Shown here piece by piece: positions 1 through 9,984 of a stretch of DNA of 64,000 nt (within the stretch, counting starts at the first letter, position 1; each line of letters starts with the position of its first letter). The stretch covers positions 800,001-864,000 of the forward strand of contig CAXWPJ010000002.1 in NCBI GenBank assembly GCA_963664115.2, read 5' to 3'. The position numbers were made by a program, and so were the translations under genes. The notes under the pieces are model-generated. The model was not told the origin of the DNA, ran no database searches, and saw nothing but the letters and a program-made list of their open reading frames with translations. The DNA is from Terriglobia bacterium (GTDB taxonomy: Bacteria; Acidobacteriota; Terriglobia; 20CM-2-55-15).

Positions 1-10
1 GGAAGGCGCC

Positions 11-1156
11 GTGCGTGTCAACCTGTCCGGCAAGTTCGTGATCCCCGCGCTGATCGATGCGCACCAACACATCGGACTCACGAACATCAAGGACGGAACC
101 GACAGCAAAGACAACTACACCCGGGAAAACCTCGTCGAGCACCTCGAACGGACCGCGTACCACGGCGTCGCCGCCACGATGAGCCTCGGTCTCGAGTTCG
201 ACGAGGAGCTGGCATTCGGGCTGCGGGGGGCTGTGATCCCGAACGCGGCACGCTTCCTCACTTCCGGTCGCGGAATCGCGGCCACGCCCATGGCGGGCCC
301 ACAGGCCGGCTATCGCCTCGGGATTCCGCGGGGTGCGATCAACGAAGACGAGGGACGGGCGGCGGTAGAAGAGCTAGACGGTCTCGGCGTGGAACTCGTG
401 AAGATATGGGTGGATGATCGGGGTGGCTCGGTGCCCAAGGTCGAGCCCGGGGTGTATCGGGCGATCATCGACGAAGCGCACTCCCGCCAGATGCGGGTCG
501 TTTCACACCTGGGAACGACGAGCGCCCTGGCCGATGCAAAGGATCTCCTTCGGGCCGGGATTGACGGCTTCGCTCACACGGTCCGCGACCGCGACGTCGA
601 CGAGGAATACCTGGCTCTGGTCCGGGAATACCCGGAGGTCTGGACGATTCCGAACCTTCCAGGTAATACCCTGACTATCGCCGACCTGCCCTGGCTGGCC
701 CAGACGCTGCCTCCTTTCGAAATCGAAAGGATGCGCGAGCAGATTGAGAGTTCGCAGAATGCAGGACCTCCCGATCCAGACCCACTGTTTGCGCTTCAGT
801 GCCGCAATCTCGCAAAGAATCACGAGGCCGGAATGATTATCGGCATGGGAACCGACTCGGGCACAAGCGTCGCCTGGACCGCACATACTGAAATGAGAGA
901 CATGGTCAGCTGCGGGCTCAGCCCGATGGAGGCGATCATGGCGGCTACGAGCGTGAACGCCGGGATACTTGGGCTGGAGGATCTCGGGATGGTTGCGGAG
1001 GGCAAAAACGCTTCGTTCGTGGTGCTCGACGCGGATCCCCTGGATGACATCAACAACACTCGCCTTATCGATCAGGTTTATCTGCGGGGAACTGAAGTCG
1101 ACCGCGAAGCGCTCGGGGCCAGGTTCATGGAAGGCGTCGATCCAGAAGGCTTGTGA
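11..1156 (+). CDS. Amidohydrolase family protein (5' end probably outside the window)
   Basis: Motifs PALIDAHQH, VKIW, SHL, FAHT, GTDSG and the C-terminal G-x-V-x-x-GK-x-A-x-FVVLD-x-DPL are typical of metal-dependent amidohydrolases. Confidence 0.85.
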   Translation: MRVNLSGKFVIPALIDAHQHIGLTNIKDGTDSKDNYTRENLVEHLERTAYHGVAATMSLGLEFDEELAFGLRGAVIPNAARFLTSGRGIAATPMAGPQAGYRLGIPRGAINEDEGRAAVEELDGLGVELVKIWVDDRGGSVPKVEPGVYRAIIDEAHSRQMRVVSHLGTTSALADAKDLLRAGIDGFAHTVRDRDVDEEYLALVREYPEVWTIPNLPGNTLTIADLPWLAQTLPPFEIERMREQIESSQNAGPPDPDPLFALQCRNLAKNHEAGMIIGMGTDSGTSVAWTAHTEMRDMVSCGLSPMEAIMAATSVNAGILGLEDLGMVAEGKNASFVVLDADPLDDINNTRLIDQVYLRGTEVDREALGARFMEGVDPEGL

Positions 1157-1370
1157 GGTGACGACAAATCCCATTCCCGGACGTTGAAAACCCCATTTTT
1201 CAGGCTTTTCTCAATGTTCCACAAGGTCGTTTCTCGGGCCTTGACCTTCTGATTGCTTACAACCTCCACCTTTAGTATTTAGTATTGTTTATCGAGTTTT
1301 TCCCTAGAAACAGACAGTGCACCTAAATGTCGCTCTCAGCAGGCACAAGACTCACCGCTAATCCTGCATT

Positions 1371-2915
1371 CTACTTGTCGATTGCCGTCTGGAGTATCTC
1401 GGCGACCTCGTCGGAGGGCCGATTGTCGGCGCTGCCGGCGCGCCCCAAAGCCGCGTCGAGCGGCGACACGCCGAGGTCGTCCACGATGTCCACTTCCGCG
1501 CCGTGATCGATCAGATACTGGACCACGCGGGGCCAGGCCCATTGCACCGCGCCGAATAACGCGCTCTGCCCGCCCCGCTCCGGCAGCGTGGTGGAACGCC
1601 CCATGCGCGCGGTCCTGCCTTTGACGTCGGTGATCCGCGCATTCACGTCGGCGCCGACCGCCAAGAGCATTTCGAGTGTCGCGATCGCCCGATCCTCCAC
1701 ATCATCGGCGCTGGGATTGAAGCGCGGTCCGGGTTCCATGCCCAGCCCCGCGGCGCCTATCAGCGGCGTCACGCCCATCACGTTGGGCAGGTTGACACGC
1801 CCTCCGTAATCCAGCAACAGCCGCACGGCCTCGCTGTCTTGTCCCGCGGCGGCCCTCAGCAGAGGGGTGGCACCGGTGGTTATGATCTCGTCGGCGAAGC
1901 GGCCGGCGTTGCCGCCGCGCCCGGGCCGGTGCATGTTCAACTGAGGATTGGGGTTGACGCCAGTGTCCAGAAACAGTCGTGCGAGCTCGAACGCGGTGGT
2001 CTCCTCCGTCACGATGGGCGGCCCGGTGCGTTCGGCGTAGGCATCCAGACTGTAAGTATTCATATCGATCGCCGTGTGCAGCGGGGTGCGGCTCCACCAA
2101 TCCCAGACATGCGGATTGGCGCCGCGTTCGAACAGGAGCCTTGCCGTGTCGAATGCGAAATTGTCCATGGCCACGATCAGCGGCGTCACGCCGTCGGGGT
2201 TCGGTTGGTTGGGATCCGCACCGGCGTCCAGAAGCGCTTCCACGCAGCCCTTGCATCCCGAGCGCGCCGCATATAGCAACGGTGTCAGGCCGCCGGTGGG
2301 GCGATACTGGTTGCGCGGCTCGGCGGTCATCTGGCTCGGCCAGTCGTTGGCCAGCGCGCGGGTATTGACGTCCGCCCCGTGGTCGATGAGAAATTGCGTC
2401 AGCTCGACTGAGCCCGCGTCCGCCGCCCACATCAGCGCCGTCTGCCCGCGCCATGTCTCTCGTGCATTGACATCGGCACCGTGGCCGACCAGCAGCCCGG
2501 CAACGTCCAAGGAACCCGCGCGCGCGGCCAGCATCAGGGCCGTCTGGCCCTCTTGGTTAGCCACCTCCACGTCGGCGCCCGCATCAAGCAGCATTTCGAC
2601 CAGGCGGTCATCGGCAACCTTCACGGCCTCCGCTAAGGGGCTCGAGCCGTAGTTATTAATGACATCGGGCTGCGCCCCGCGCTCGAGCAGCGCGCGGGTA
2701 AGGTCCCGGTCGATCTTGTAGATTGCCCAGTGCAGCGGCGTGGTACCGTCTCCCTGGGCTGCGTTCACGTCGGCGCCCGCGGCGATCATCTCGAGCGCGG
2801 TGTCGCGATCCCCGGCCTGGATCAGACCGGCGAGGGTGTCAGCGGCGGCGGCAGTGCCGGGGGCTGCGAGCCAAAAAACGACTGCGAGTACTGCGTGCTT
2901 CATAACGATACCCAT
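1371..2915 (-). CDS. Secreted ankyrin-repeat protein
   Basis: Many ANK motifs (GTTPLHWA, GQTALMLAA, GLTPLLYAA, GADVNA) and a signal peptide. Start set at the ATG 2915, which overlaps the upstream stop as TGATG. Confidence 0.9.
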   Translation of the reverse strand: MGIVMKHAVLAVVFWLAAPGTAAAADTLAGLIQAGDRDTALEMIAAGADVNAAQGDGTTPLHWAIYKIDRDLTRALLERGAQPDVINNYGSSPLAEAVKVADDRLVEMLLDAGADVEVANQEGQTALMLAARAGSLDVAGLLVGHGADVNARETWRGQTALMWAADAGSVELTQFLIDHGADVNTRALANDWPSQMTAEPRNQYRPTGGLTPLLYAARSGCKGCVEALLDAGADPNQPNPDGVTPLIVAMDNFAFDTARLLFERGANPHVWDWWSRTPLHTAIDMNTYSLDAYAERTGPPIVTEETTAFELARLFLDTGVNPNPQLNMHRPGRGGNAGRFADEIITTGATPLLRAAAGQDSEAVRLLLDYGGRVNLPNVMGVTPLIGAAGLGMEPGPRFNPSADDVEDRAIATLEMLLAVGADVNARITDVKGRTARMGRSTTLPERGGQSALFGAVQWAWPRVVQYLIDHGAEVDIVDDLGVSPLDAALGRAGSADNRPSDEVAEILQTAIDK

Positions 2916-3838
2916 CAGAGCAGATTCGGTGCGAGGGAATTGTGATGCGCCCAATAGCCCTTATGGGCGTCATAAGCGAACCTGAACGGGTCGTCGAAGG
3001 TCCGATACAGACCCTCCATGAGTCCTGCATCGAGCATGTCTTCGGCGCTCATGCCCTTCCTGACGAGCTCTAGCATGCGATCGAAGAGCACGCGCGTCAT
3101 GTCGCACTCGGCCTGTAGCTCGGCGCGGCCCACCACCGGACCGTAGCTCGGCACGATCCGCGTCTCCTCATCGCTGACTTCCAAAAGTTTTTCCTGCGCA
3201 TCGACGCGCCCACCCAGCCAGCCGCCGCCGAACCAGTCGAGCACCGGATCCCTGAGCGGCGAGACGGCATCACCCACGGCCAGCACGTTCGCGTCACGGA
3301 AGAATACATAGATGTCGCCGTCGGTGTGGGCCTCGAGCAGGTGGCCGTACTCGACCCGCTCGTCGCCGGCGAGGGCCTCGCCACCGTCGAAAAAGGTCTC
3401 GGTCGGGTGAGCCTCCGCGGGCAGCGCTTTCTCGTACCGATCCTCGTCCCGCAGGTAATAATCCGTCGCCAGATGCGCCCGGGTCTTCTCGTGAGCGATG
3501 ATCGTCGCCCCCGACTGCCCGAGGGCAAGGTTCCCGCCCACCTGCTCCAGGTGCCAGTGCGTGTTGAACACGGTCTCGACCCGGCCTGCGCCAGCCAGCT
3601 CGCCCAGGCTCCGAAGCACCGCGTCGGTGAATGCGGCCCCACCGCTGTCCACCAGCACCTGACCGGCGCTCGAGGGCCGCACCAGGATATTGCCCCCGGC
3701 GCCGGTGAGCATGACGAAACCGCCGCTCACCGGGACGATGGCGGGGCTCTCTTGGGAGAAACCGTAGCGGGCGAAGGGCGTCAGGGTCAGACCCGCGACG
3801 CCGCCTAACGCACCTTTCAATATTACCCTGCGGTTCAT
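2915..3838 (-). CDS. Tat-exported MBL-fold metallo-hydrolase (cyclase-like), degenerate metal motif
   Basis: MNRRVILKG twin-Arg signal; NTHWHLEQVGGN, AHTDGD and VGD motifs. Confidence 0.8.
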   Translation of the reverse strand: MNRRVILKGALGGVAGLTLTPFARYGFSQESPAIVPVSGGFVMLTGAGGNILVRPSSAGQVLVDSGGAAFTDAVLRSLGELAGAGRVETVFNTHWHLEQVGGNLALGQSGATIIAHEKTRAHLATDYYLRDEDRYEKALPAEAHPTETFFDGGEALAGDERVEYGHLLEAHTDGDIYVFFRDANVLAVGDAVSPLRDPVLDWFGGGWLGGRVDAQEKLLEVSDEETRIVPSYGPVVGRAELQAECDMTRVLFDRMLELVRKGMSAEDMLDAGLMEGLYRTFDDPFRFAYDAHKGYWAHHNSLAPNLL

Positions 3839-3856
3839 GGTCGGTGAGCCGGGCGA

Positions 3857-5212
3857 TCAGACTCCGGCGATCTCGCCGGTGCTGTCCCCGAAGCTCTCCA
3901 TCTCCAGGCCCGCCTTGTTCAGCAGCGTGAGGTGCAGATTCGAAACCGTCGTGCGTTCGGGCAGCTCGATCTGCTGTCCCCCATTGAGCGCGCCGGCGCC
4001 ACCGCCGACCAGGATGTTCGGCACCGGATGATTGTTGTGCAGGTCGCTGTTGGCCATGTTGGAGCCGTAGAGCAACATGGAGTTGTCCAGCAGCGTGCCT
4101 TCGCCGTCGGGTATCCCGGCGAGCTTCGCGACGAAATCCGCGAAGCGCTCCACGTGATAGCGCTGGACCCTGACCAGCTTGTGCATCCGATCGAGATTGT
4201 TGGCGTGATGTGACAGGGGATGGAAGGAGTCCGGCACGCCGATGTGATTGTAGGTCCGGTTCGTGCCTTCGGCGACCATGATGTAGGAGGCCACGCGCGT
4301 GAGATCGGCCTGATAGGCAATCGCGATCAGATCGAACATCAACCGCACCTGCTCGTCGAACGAATCTAGCTCGCCCAGCGGCGCTTCGGGCACCTCCACG
4401 CCCGAGAGATCACGGGTCTCGGCAAGTTCGACCCTCCGTTCGATCTCTCGCACCGTGTCCAGGTAGCCGTCGAGAATCGCTTTGTCGCCCGGACCCAGGT
4501 CCCGTTGCAGCGCCCGGGTACGCTCGGCGATGAGATCGAGCATGCTCCGTTTCTGCCTGATGATGGCCACGCGCTCTTGGGGTGTAGCGCCTTCACCGAA
4601 CAACTGTGCGATAACCTTGCGCGGGTTGAACTCCATCGGCAGGGGCGAGCTTGCATTCTGGTACGACAGCGTGGAGCTGTAGAGGCAGCCGTACCCGCCG
4701 CCGCACGCGACCGGCTGCATGTTACCCTCCGAGCAGACCTCCATCGACGGTAGCGCAGTCTCCTGGCCGATGTGGCCGGCAATGATCTGGTCGATCGTCG
4801 CCGACATGCTGGGACCGGGCGCTTCGAGATCGGGCTTGATACCACTGAGCCAGGTCGCCGGGTTGTAGTTGTGCACGGAGTCGGCGCTGGCCTTGTTCTC
4901 GAGATTGGAGAACGAAGTCACGACGTGCTTGTAGTCCTCGAGCGGCTCGAGAATCGGGCTGAGCTTAAAATCCGCGCCCGCGCCGCTCGGGGTCCAGTTA
5001 TCCATGTCCGGCCCATGGGGCGTGTTCCACAGGATCGCGCCGTGGGGAATGTAGAAGAAGCCCGCCCGCAGCTTCGGTGCGGCGGCGGTCTGCGCGAGCG
5101 CGGTGGCGGCCGGGATCATCGCATCAAGCAACGGCAGCCCGATGGACACGCCCAAGCCCTTGAGCACCGTCCTGCGAGAAAGATGTTTTTTGGTCAGATA
5201 CATGGCCTTCAC
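3857..5212 (-). CDS. DUF1552 domain protein
   Basis: LSRRTVLKG Tat signal, LPLLDAMIPA, FFYIPHG, EFNPRKV, HPLSHH, GEGTLLDNS, FGDSTG; lies directly downstream of the DUF1592 gene. Confidence 0.9.
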   Translation of the reverse strand: MKAMYLTKKHLSRRTVLKGLGVSIGLPLLDAMIPAATALAQTAAAPKLRAGFFYIPHGAILWNTPHGPDMDNWTPSGAGADFKLSPILEPLEDYKHVVTSFSNLENKASADSVHNYNPATWLSGIKPDLEAPGPSMSATIDQIIAGHIGQETALPSMEVCSEGNMQPVACGGGYGCLYSSTLSYQNASSPLPMEFNPRKVIAQLFGEGATPQERVAIIRQKRSMLDLIAERTRALQRDLGPGDKAILDGYLDTVREIERRVELAETRDLSGVEVPEAPLGELDSFDEQVRLMFDLIAIAYQADLTRVASYIMVAEGTNRTYNHIGVPDSFHPLSHHANNLDRMHKLVRVQRYHVERFADFVAKLAGIPDGEGTLLDNSMLLYGSNMANSDLHNNHPVPNILVGGGAGALNGGQQIELPERTTVSNLHLTLLNKAGLEMESFGDSTGEIAGV

Positions 5213-7632
5213 TCCCCCAGCGCCTGCATGCGGAATGCATCGCTCGATACAATTCCCGCCACGATCGACGAGAACCGGTAATCATCCTCGGCCGCCGCCC
5301 TCACGATCGCCCGGATCTGCGGCATGTCATGATACTCGAGCTCCCGACCGAGCGCGTACATCATGAGCTTCTCCGTCAGCGCCTGGACGAACTGGTCGGG
5401 GCGGCCGAGCAGGGCTCGGTGCAGGTCCGCCGGACCTTCGATCGGCCTACCGCCGGGCAGGACCGTGCTCGCGTCGATAGGCGCATCGGCACGCCAATCG
5501 ACGTCCCGCCACTGGCCGGTGACGGTGAAGTTCTCTAGCGCCATCCCGTAGGGGTCGATCACACCGTGGCAAGAGTTACAGCTCGGATTGCTGCGATGCT
5601 CCTCGAGCCGGGCACGAATGGTCTTCGGCTGCTCGCCCTCCGGCGTGGTCAGATCCGTCTCCACGTTCGGCGGCGGCGGCGACGGCGGCGTGCCGACCAG
5701 CTTCTCGAGCACCCAGGCGCCGCGCAACACCGGCGAAGTCCGGTCGCCATATGACGTGCGCAACAGCACGGCGCCCTTGCCGAGGAGCCCTCGGCGGGCC
5801 TCGTCCTCGAGGATTACGCGCCGGAACTGCGCGCCGCGCACCGATGTGATGCCGTAGTGTTCGGCCAGCCTTTCATTGAGGAACGTATGCTCGGCCGCTA
5901 ACAGCTCCTGCACGTTCTCGTCTTCCAGCAGGATGCTGCGCAGGAAGAGGTCGATCTCGGTCGCGAAATCCTCGCGCAGCTCGGGGCTGAATTCGGGGAA
6001 GAGTTGCCGGTCCCACTCGAAGTCGTCGATCTCATCGAGGTTGAGCCAGCGGAGCGCGAAATTAGTCACCAGCGTCTCGGCCCGCCCAGCGGCCAGCATA
6101 CGCCGCACCTGGGTGTCCAGCACGTCGGGACGTCCGAGCTCGCCCGAGTTCGCGAGCTCGAGCAGCTCATCGTCGGGCCCCTGGCTCCACAAGAAGAAAG
6201 ACAGGCGCGAGGCCAGCTCCAGATCGCTCAGCGCATGGAATTTCGCGTCTTGGGTATCGGGCGGTGGGGCGATTCCGCGATAGAGAAAATCCGGGCTCAC
6301 CAGCACCGCGGTCACCATCTGTTCGATTCCGGCGTCGAATCCGCTGGGTCCTTCATGGCCGGCGTCGTAGAAGGCCATCAGCCGGTCGATATCCTCCGTA
6401 GTGACGGGCCGGCGGAAGGCACGCCGAGCGAGATCCGCGGTGATGCGCTCGGCGCAGGCGCGCTCGCGCTCGGGGACCTCGGGCTCACAGATGAATATCT
6501 TCTCCCGGCCCGGTGTGCGGGTGGGGCCCGTCGCCGCGTACGGCCCCACGACCTCGATGCCGCCGATCAGGCGCGGCAGACGCAGGTACCCGACGATAGC
6601 CCACCCGGGATACTGGGAACCGCCGAGAATCGGGTCGTCGGTTGCCACCCGGGAGCGCTCGATGAAAGTCACCACGACTTCGTGGACACCGGCCGTCACC
6701 TGCACGGGGATGTTGGCAAACCGCTCCATGAGCTCCGCTCCCGCCGGTGCACCGCCGCCGAGATCCACGAACGCGCGATCCGCTTCGCCGCCGATCTTTT
6801 CCCGGAAGACCTCAGCGCGATCGATCAGCACAACCACCGTTGTCTCGTTCTCGATCGCCCGTGGGTAGACCCCGACATCGAGGTCCATGATATTGATGCG
6901 GTACTCCCCGTCCGCCGGGAACGTGTACTCGAAGCTCGTGCCGCCCCGCGTGCCGAGCGGCATGCCGTCCACATAGCCTTCCTGGTCGCCGCTAGGTGGG
7001 GGGAAATTGGCGCTGGCGACCTGCGGCACCGGATCGCCTACTGCCATGCGCGAGACCGCTCGCGCGACACTGATGTACTGCTCCAGGAAGGCGGGCGACA
7101 CGGTCAACGCCGAAGCGATGTTGCTGAAGCCTTCGACCTCGATCTCGGCTGGCAGGTACTCCTCGGGATCGATCTCCACAGCCAGGAGATCCTTCACGGC
7201 ATTGGCATACTCGGTTCGGTTCAAGCGCTGGACGGGGACGTGGCCCGCCACGGGCGCCTCGCTGCTCTCGTCGATGGAGCTCTCGAGCCAGCTAACCAGC
7301 GCGTCGATTTCCTGCTGCGTGGGCTGGCGATTGCCGGGCGGCGGCATGAGGCGCCCGCGCAATTTGTGCACGGCGGTCTCGAAGATCTCGGCGTTCTCGG
7401 GCACGGACTCTGCGGTGAGCTGGTCGAACATGATGCCGCCGGCGCGAACGTCGGTGTTGTGGCAAACGACGCAGTAGCTCTCGACGACGGCCCACTGCTG
7501 TTCGGGAAGCGGCGCGCCCTGGTTCGCGCGTTGGGAAAAGACGGTGGTGGCAACCGAAACGGTGGCAACCGAAACGATACCGACGGCACAAGAAATGCCG
7601 ATAAGACGTCTAGCGAGTTTTATACGAGCCAT
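5209..7632 (-). CDS. DUF1592 (DUF1587/1595/1592/1588/1585) domain protein with two CxxCH heme-c motifs
   Basis: YCVVCH and CNSCH motifs, RLNRTEYANAVKDLL, ELASRLSFFLWS, TSPVLRGAWVLE. Start chosen at MARIKL (7632). Confidence 0.9.
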   Translation of the reverse strand: MARIKLARRLIGISCAVGIVSVATVSVATTVFSQRANQGAPLPEQQWAVVESYCVVCHNTDVRAGGIMFDQLTAESVPENAEIFETAVHKLRGRLMPPPGNRQPTQQEIDALVSWLESSIDESSEAPVAGHVPVQRLNRTEYANAVKDLLAVEIDPEEYLPAEIEVEGFSNIASALTVSPAFLEQYISVARAVSRMAVGDPVPQVASANFPPPSGDQEGYVDGMPLGTRGGTSFEYTFPADGEYRINIMDLDVGVYPRAIENETTVVVLIDRAEVFREKIGGEADRAFVDLGGGAPAGAELMERFANIPVQVTAGVHEVVVTFIERSRVATDDPILGGSQYPGWAIVGYLRLPRLIGGIEVVGPYAATGPTRTPGREKIFICEPEVPERERACAERITADLARRAFRRPVTTEDIDRLMAFYDAGHEGPSGFDAGIEQMVTAVLVSPDFLYRGIAPPPDTQDAKFHALSDLELASRLSFFLWSQGPDDELLELANSGELGRPDVLDTQVRRMLAAGRAETLVTNFALRWLNLDEIDDFEWDRQLFPEFSPELREDFATEIDLFLRSILLEDENVQELLAAEHTFLNERLAEHYGITSVRGAQFRRVILEDEARRGLLGKGAVLLRTSYGDRTSPVLRGAWVLEKLVGTPPSPPPPNVETDLTTPEGEQPKTIRARLEEHRSNPSCNSCHGVIDPYGMALENFTVTGQWRDVDWRADAPIDASTVLPGGRPIEGPADLHRALLGRPDQFVQALTEKLMMYALGRELEYHDMPQIRAIVRAAAEDDYRFSSIVAGIVSSDAFRMQALGE
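7546..7575. repeat. 15-bp perfect tandem duplication (GGTGGCAACCGAAAC x2) in the signal region of the DUF1592 gene
   Basis: Read directly; encodes VSVAT-VSVAT on the minus strand. Confidence 0.9.
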
Positions 7633-7892
7633 CACGGATTTATGGTTGTTTATGTTACAGGAAGAATAGGGGTCGAACCGCGATATTTTTTTGCTCTGTC
7701 GACATCGCTCATGGAGGTAACTTCTGTGCCTCGTCGTTAGGGAGAACACAGCGTTACTGCCCTAACCGAGATACTTCCTGCACGGCTCGGCGCAGCACAC
7801 GATCGGACAGGGGCGTCGATCGCTCGAAAACTACTGTTCGACCCCGCTTTCCTACCGAGGCAAGGATTCCCTAGGGCGCTGCGAGTGGCTAA

Positions 7893-8028
7893 GTTCCGCG
7901 AGGCGAGCCCGGCCCCGTTCTGGAGAACGTGCTGACCAAACCTAACGGCGTTGCCAACTTCAGCGTCTCACAGGATGGCACCCTCGCCTACTTGAGTGTC
8001 GGGGCAGGCGGCCTCCAGCGGACGCTAG
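7893..8028 (+). pseudogene. Relic of a beta-propeller segment (as in acidobacterial Ser/Thr kinase-propeller proteins), interrupted by the IS
   Basis: Translates VPRGEPGPVLENVLTKPNGVANFSVSQDGTLAYLSVGAGGLQRTL, continuing after the IS as V then stop; no start codon. Confidence 0.6.
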
Positions 8029-9876
8029 CCCCTGAACAAGCGTGATTGACGAGGAAATGATAGTGCAATAAGAGCGGAAGTACCCGAAATGCCCCCTCTC
8101 CGTGCGAAAAAAACCTTGAACAGATTCTTCGGAAAAGGAGGCATTTCAGATGAACGATTATACGCGCAAGAACATGAGGAACCGCAAGCGGCGAATCGAA
8201 CGTCGGCTTGGGGACCGGCATTGGACGGATCAGGTAGAGCCGATGTTTTCGGCGAGCAACATTCAGTACGAGATGGGAGAGCGGACGCGGGGCACATCGG
8301 TTGGTGGTATCGGGACGATGCAACTGGTGGCGCGGCGGACCGGGCTGATCGAAGCCATCGACAAGGGCGTGCATGTGTTGAAGCGGCACCTGCCGTATCA
8401 CGAGTCGGATCACGTGCTGAACATCGCCTACAACGCCTTGAGCGGAGGAACGTGCCTGGAAGACATCGAACTGCGGCGCAACGATGCGGTGTATCTGGAT
8501 GCGCTGGGAGCGCAACGGATTCCGGATCCGACGACGGCGGGAGACTTCTGCCGGAGATTCGAGGCCGACGACGTGGAGTGTCTGATGGAGGCAACCAATC
8601 AAGTCCGGCTCGGAGTCTGGCGACAGCAACCGGCGGCGTTTTTCGAAGAAGCGGTGTTGGACGCGGACGGGACACTGGCCGAAACCACGGGGGAATGCAA
8701 GCAAGGGATGGACGTGGCCTACGACGGGACGTGGGGATATCACCCGCTGATGATCTCGCTGGCCAACACCGCCGAACCGCTGTATCTGGTCAATCGTAGC
8801 GGCAACCGGCCGTCGCATGAAGGAGCCGCGGTCCGGTTCGACCAAGCCATCGCATTGTGCCGGCATGCGGGGTTTCGCCAGATCCTGCTGCGCGGGGACA
8901 CGGACTTCAGCCAGACCCGGCATCTGGACGGATGGGACGACCAGCAGGTGGGTTTCATATTCGGGATTGACGCGATGGCGAACCTGAAGGCCCGGGCCGA
9001 TGAACTGGAGCCGCGCCAGTGGAAGCGCCTGGAACGGCCCGCGAAATACGACGTGGCGACCGAACCGCGCCAACGTCCCGACAACGTGAAGGAAGAGATC
9101 GTTCGGCAGCGCGGTTTCGACAATATCCGCTTGCAGGGTGAGGATGTGGCCGAGTTTCGGTATCGACCCGGAGCCTGCGATCGGGACTACCGTGTCGTCG
9201 TGGTGCGGAAGAATCTGTCGGTGGCCAAAGGAGAGCAGGTGTTGTTTGACGACATCCGGTACTTCTTCTACATTACCAACCGTTCGGATCCGGCCGACCA
9301 GATTGTGATGCGTGCCAATCAACGGTGCAATCAGGAGAATCTCATTGAGCAGTTGAAGAACGGCGTTCAGGCGTTGCGGATGCCGGTCGGAGATCAGACC
9401 AGCAACTGGGCCTACATGGTGATCGCGTCACTGGCCTGGACACTGAAAGCGTGGTTTGCATTGCTGCTTCCCGAAACCGGACGTTGGGGCCAAAAATATC
9501 AGGCTGAGAAGCAAACCGTGCTGCGCATGGAGTTCAAAACCTTCTTGAACGCTTTCATGCTTGTGCCGTGCCAACTCGTGCGCACCGGGCGGCGCATTCT
9601 GTTCCGGATCCTGGCCTGGAACCGGTGGTTGCCGGTCTTGTTCCGCGGGGTGGATGTGTTGCGTCAGCCTCTGCGATGTTGACCCGATCATGACTCTGAG
9701 CCCGGGCGATCGAGGTCCCGGTTTCTGTCAACCGTCCAACACCAGCGAGGCTGAACTGAAACAGATTCAACAGAAACTCGATACCTGGAACAGGCCATCC
9801 GGAACGGGATTCTATGCCTCGAATTCTATCGGCGCGAACTGGGCCTCGGCGGACTGGTTATGCGCTTGTTTTGGGT
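8029..9876 (+). mobile_element. IS1380-family insertion sequence, 1848 bp
   Basis: Imperfect terminal IRs CCCCTGAACAAGCG (8029-8042) and CGCTTGTTTTGGGT (9863-9876), 11/14 match; CTAG direct repeats at 8025-8028 and 9877-9880; single DDE transposase. Confidence 0.9.
8150..9682 (+). CDS. IS1380-family DDE transposase
   Basis: LDADGT, YHPL, LLRGDTDF and R-C-NQENLIEQLKNG motifs; 510 aa. Confidence 0.92.
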   Translation: MNDYTRKNMRNRKRRIERRLGDRHWTDQVEPMFSASNIQYEMGERTRGTSVGGIGTMQLVARRTGLIEAIDKGVHVLKRHLPYHESDHVLNIAYNALSGGTCLEDIELRRNDAVYLDALGAQRIPDPTTAGDFCRRFEADDVECLMEATNQVRLGVWRQQPAAFFEEAVLDADGTLAETTGECKQGMDVAYDGTWGYHPLMISLANTAEPLYLVNRSGNRPSHEGAAVRFDQAIALCRHAGFRQILLRGDTDFSQTRHLDGWDDQQVGFIFGIDAMANLKARADELEPRQWKRLERPAKYDVATEPRQRPDNVKEEIVRQRGFDNIRLQGEDVAEFRYRPGACDRDYRVVVVRKNLSVAKGEQVLFDDIRYFFYITNRSDPADQIVMRANQRCNQENLIEQLKNGVQALRMPVGDQTSNWAYMVIASLAWTLKAWFALLLPETGRWGQKYQAEKQTVLRMEFKTFLNAFMLVPCQLVRTGRRILFRILAWNRWLPVLFRGVDVLRQPLRC

Positions 9877-9984
9877 CTAGTTTGAAGTCCACTCGAACCC
9901 CCACCGTGGGGTTCTGCTCGGGTTCCAGGTTCCATTTCTCCCGATCTGTCCGTTTGCCCGGCAGAGGCCGGACCTCCCTCCCCG

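Noticed and set aside
6004-7740. 578-aa plus-strand ORF
   Set aside because: Antisense shadow of the DUF1592 gene in GC-rich DNA, with no motifs.
7988-9322. 444-aa minus-strand ORF in the IS
   Set aside because: Antisense shadow of the IS1380 transposase that runs across the element boundary.
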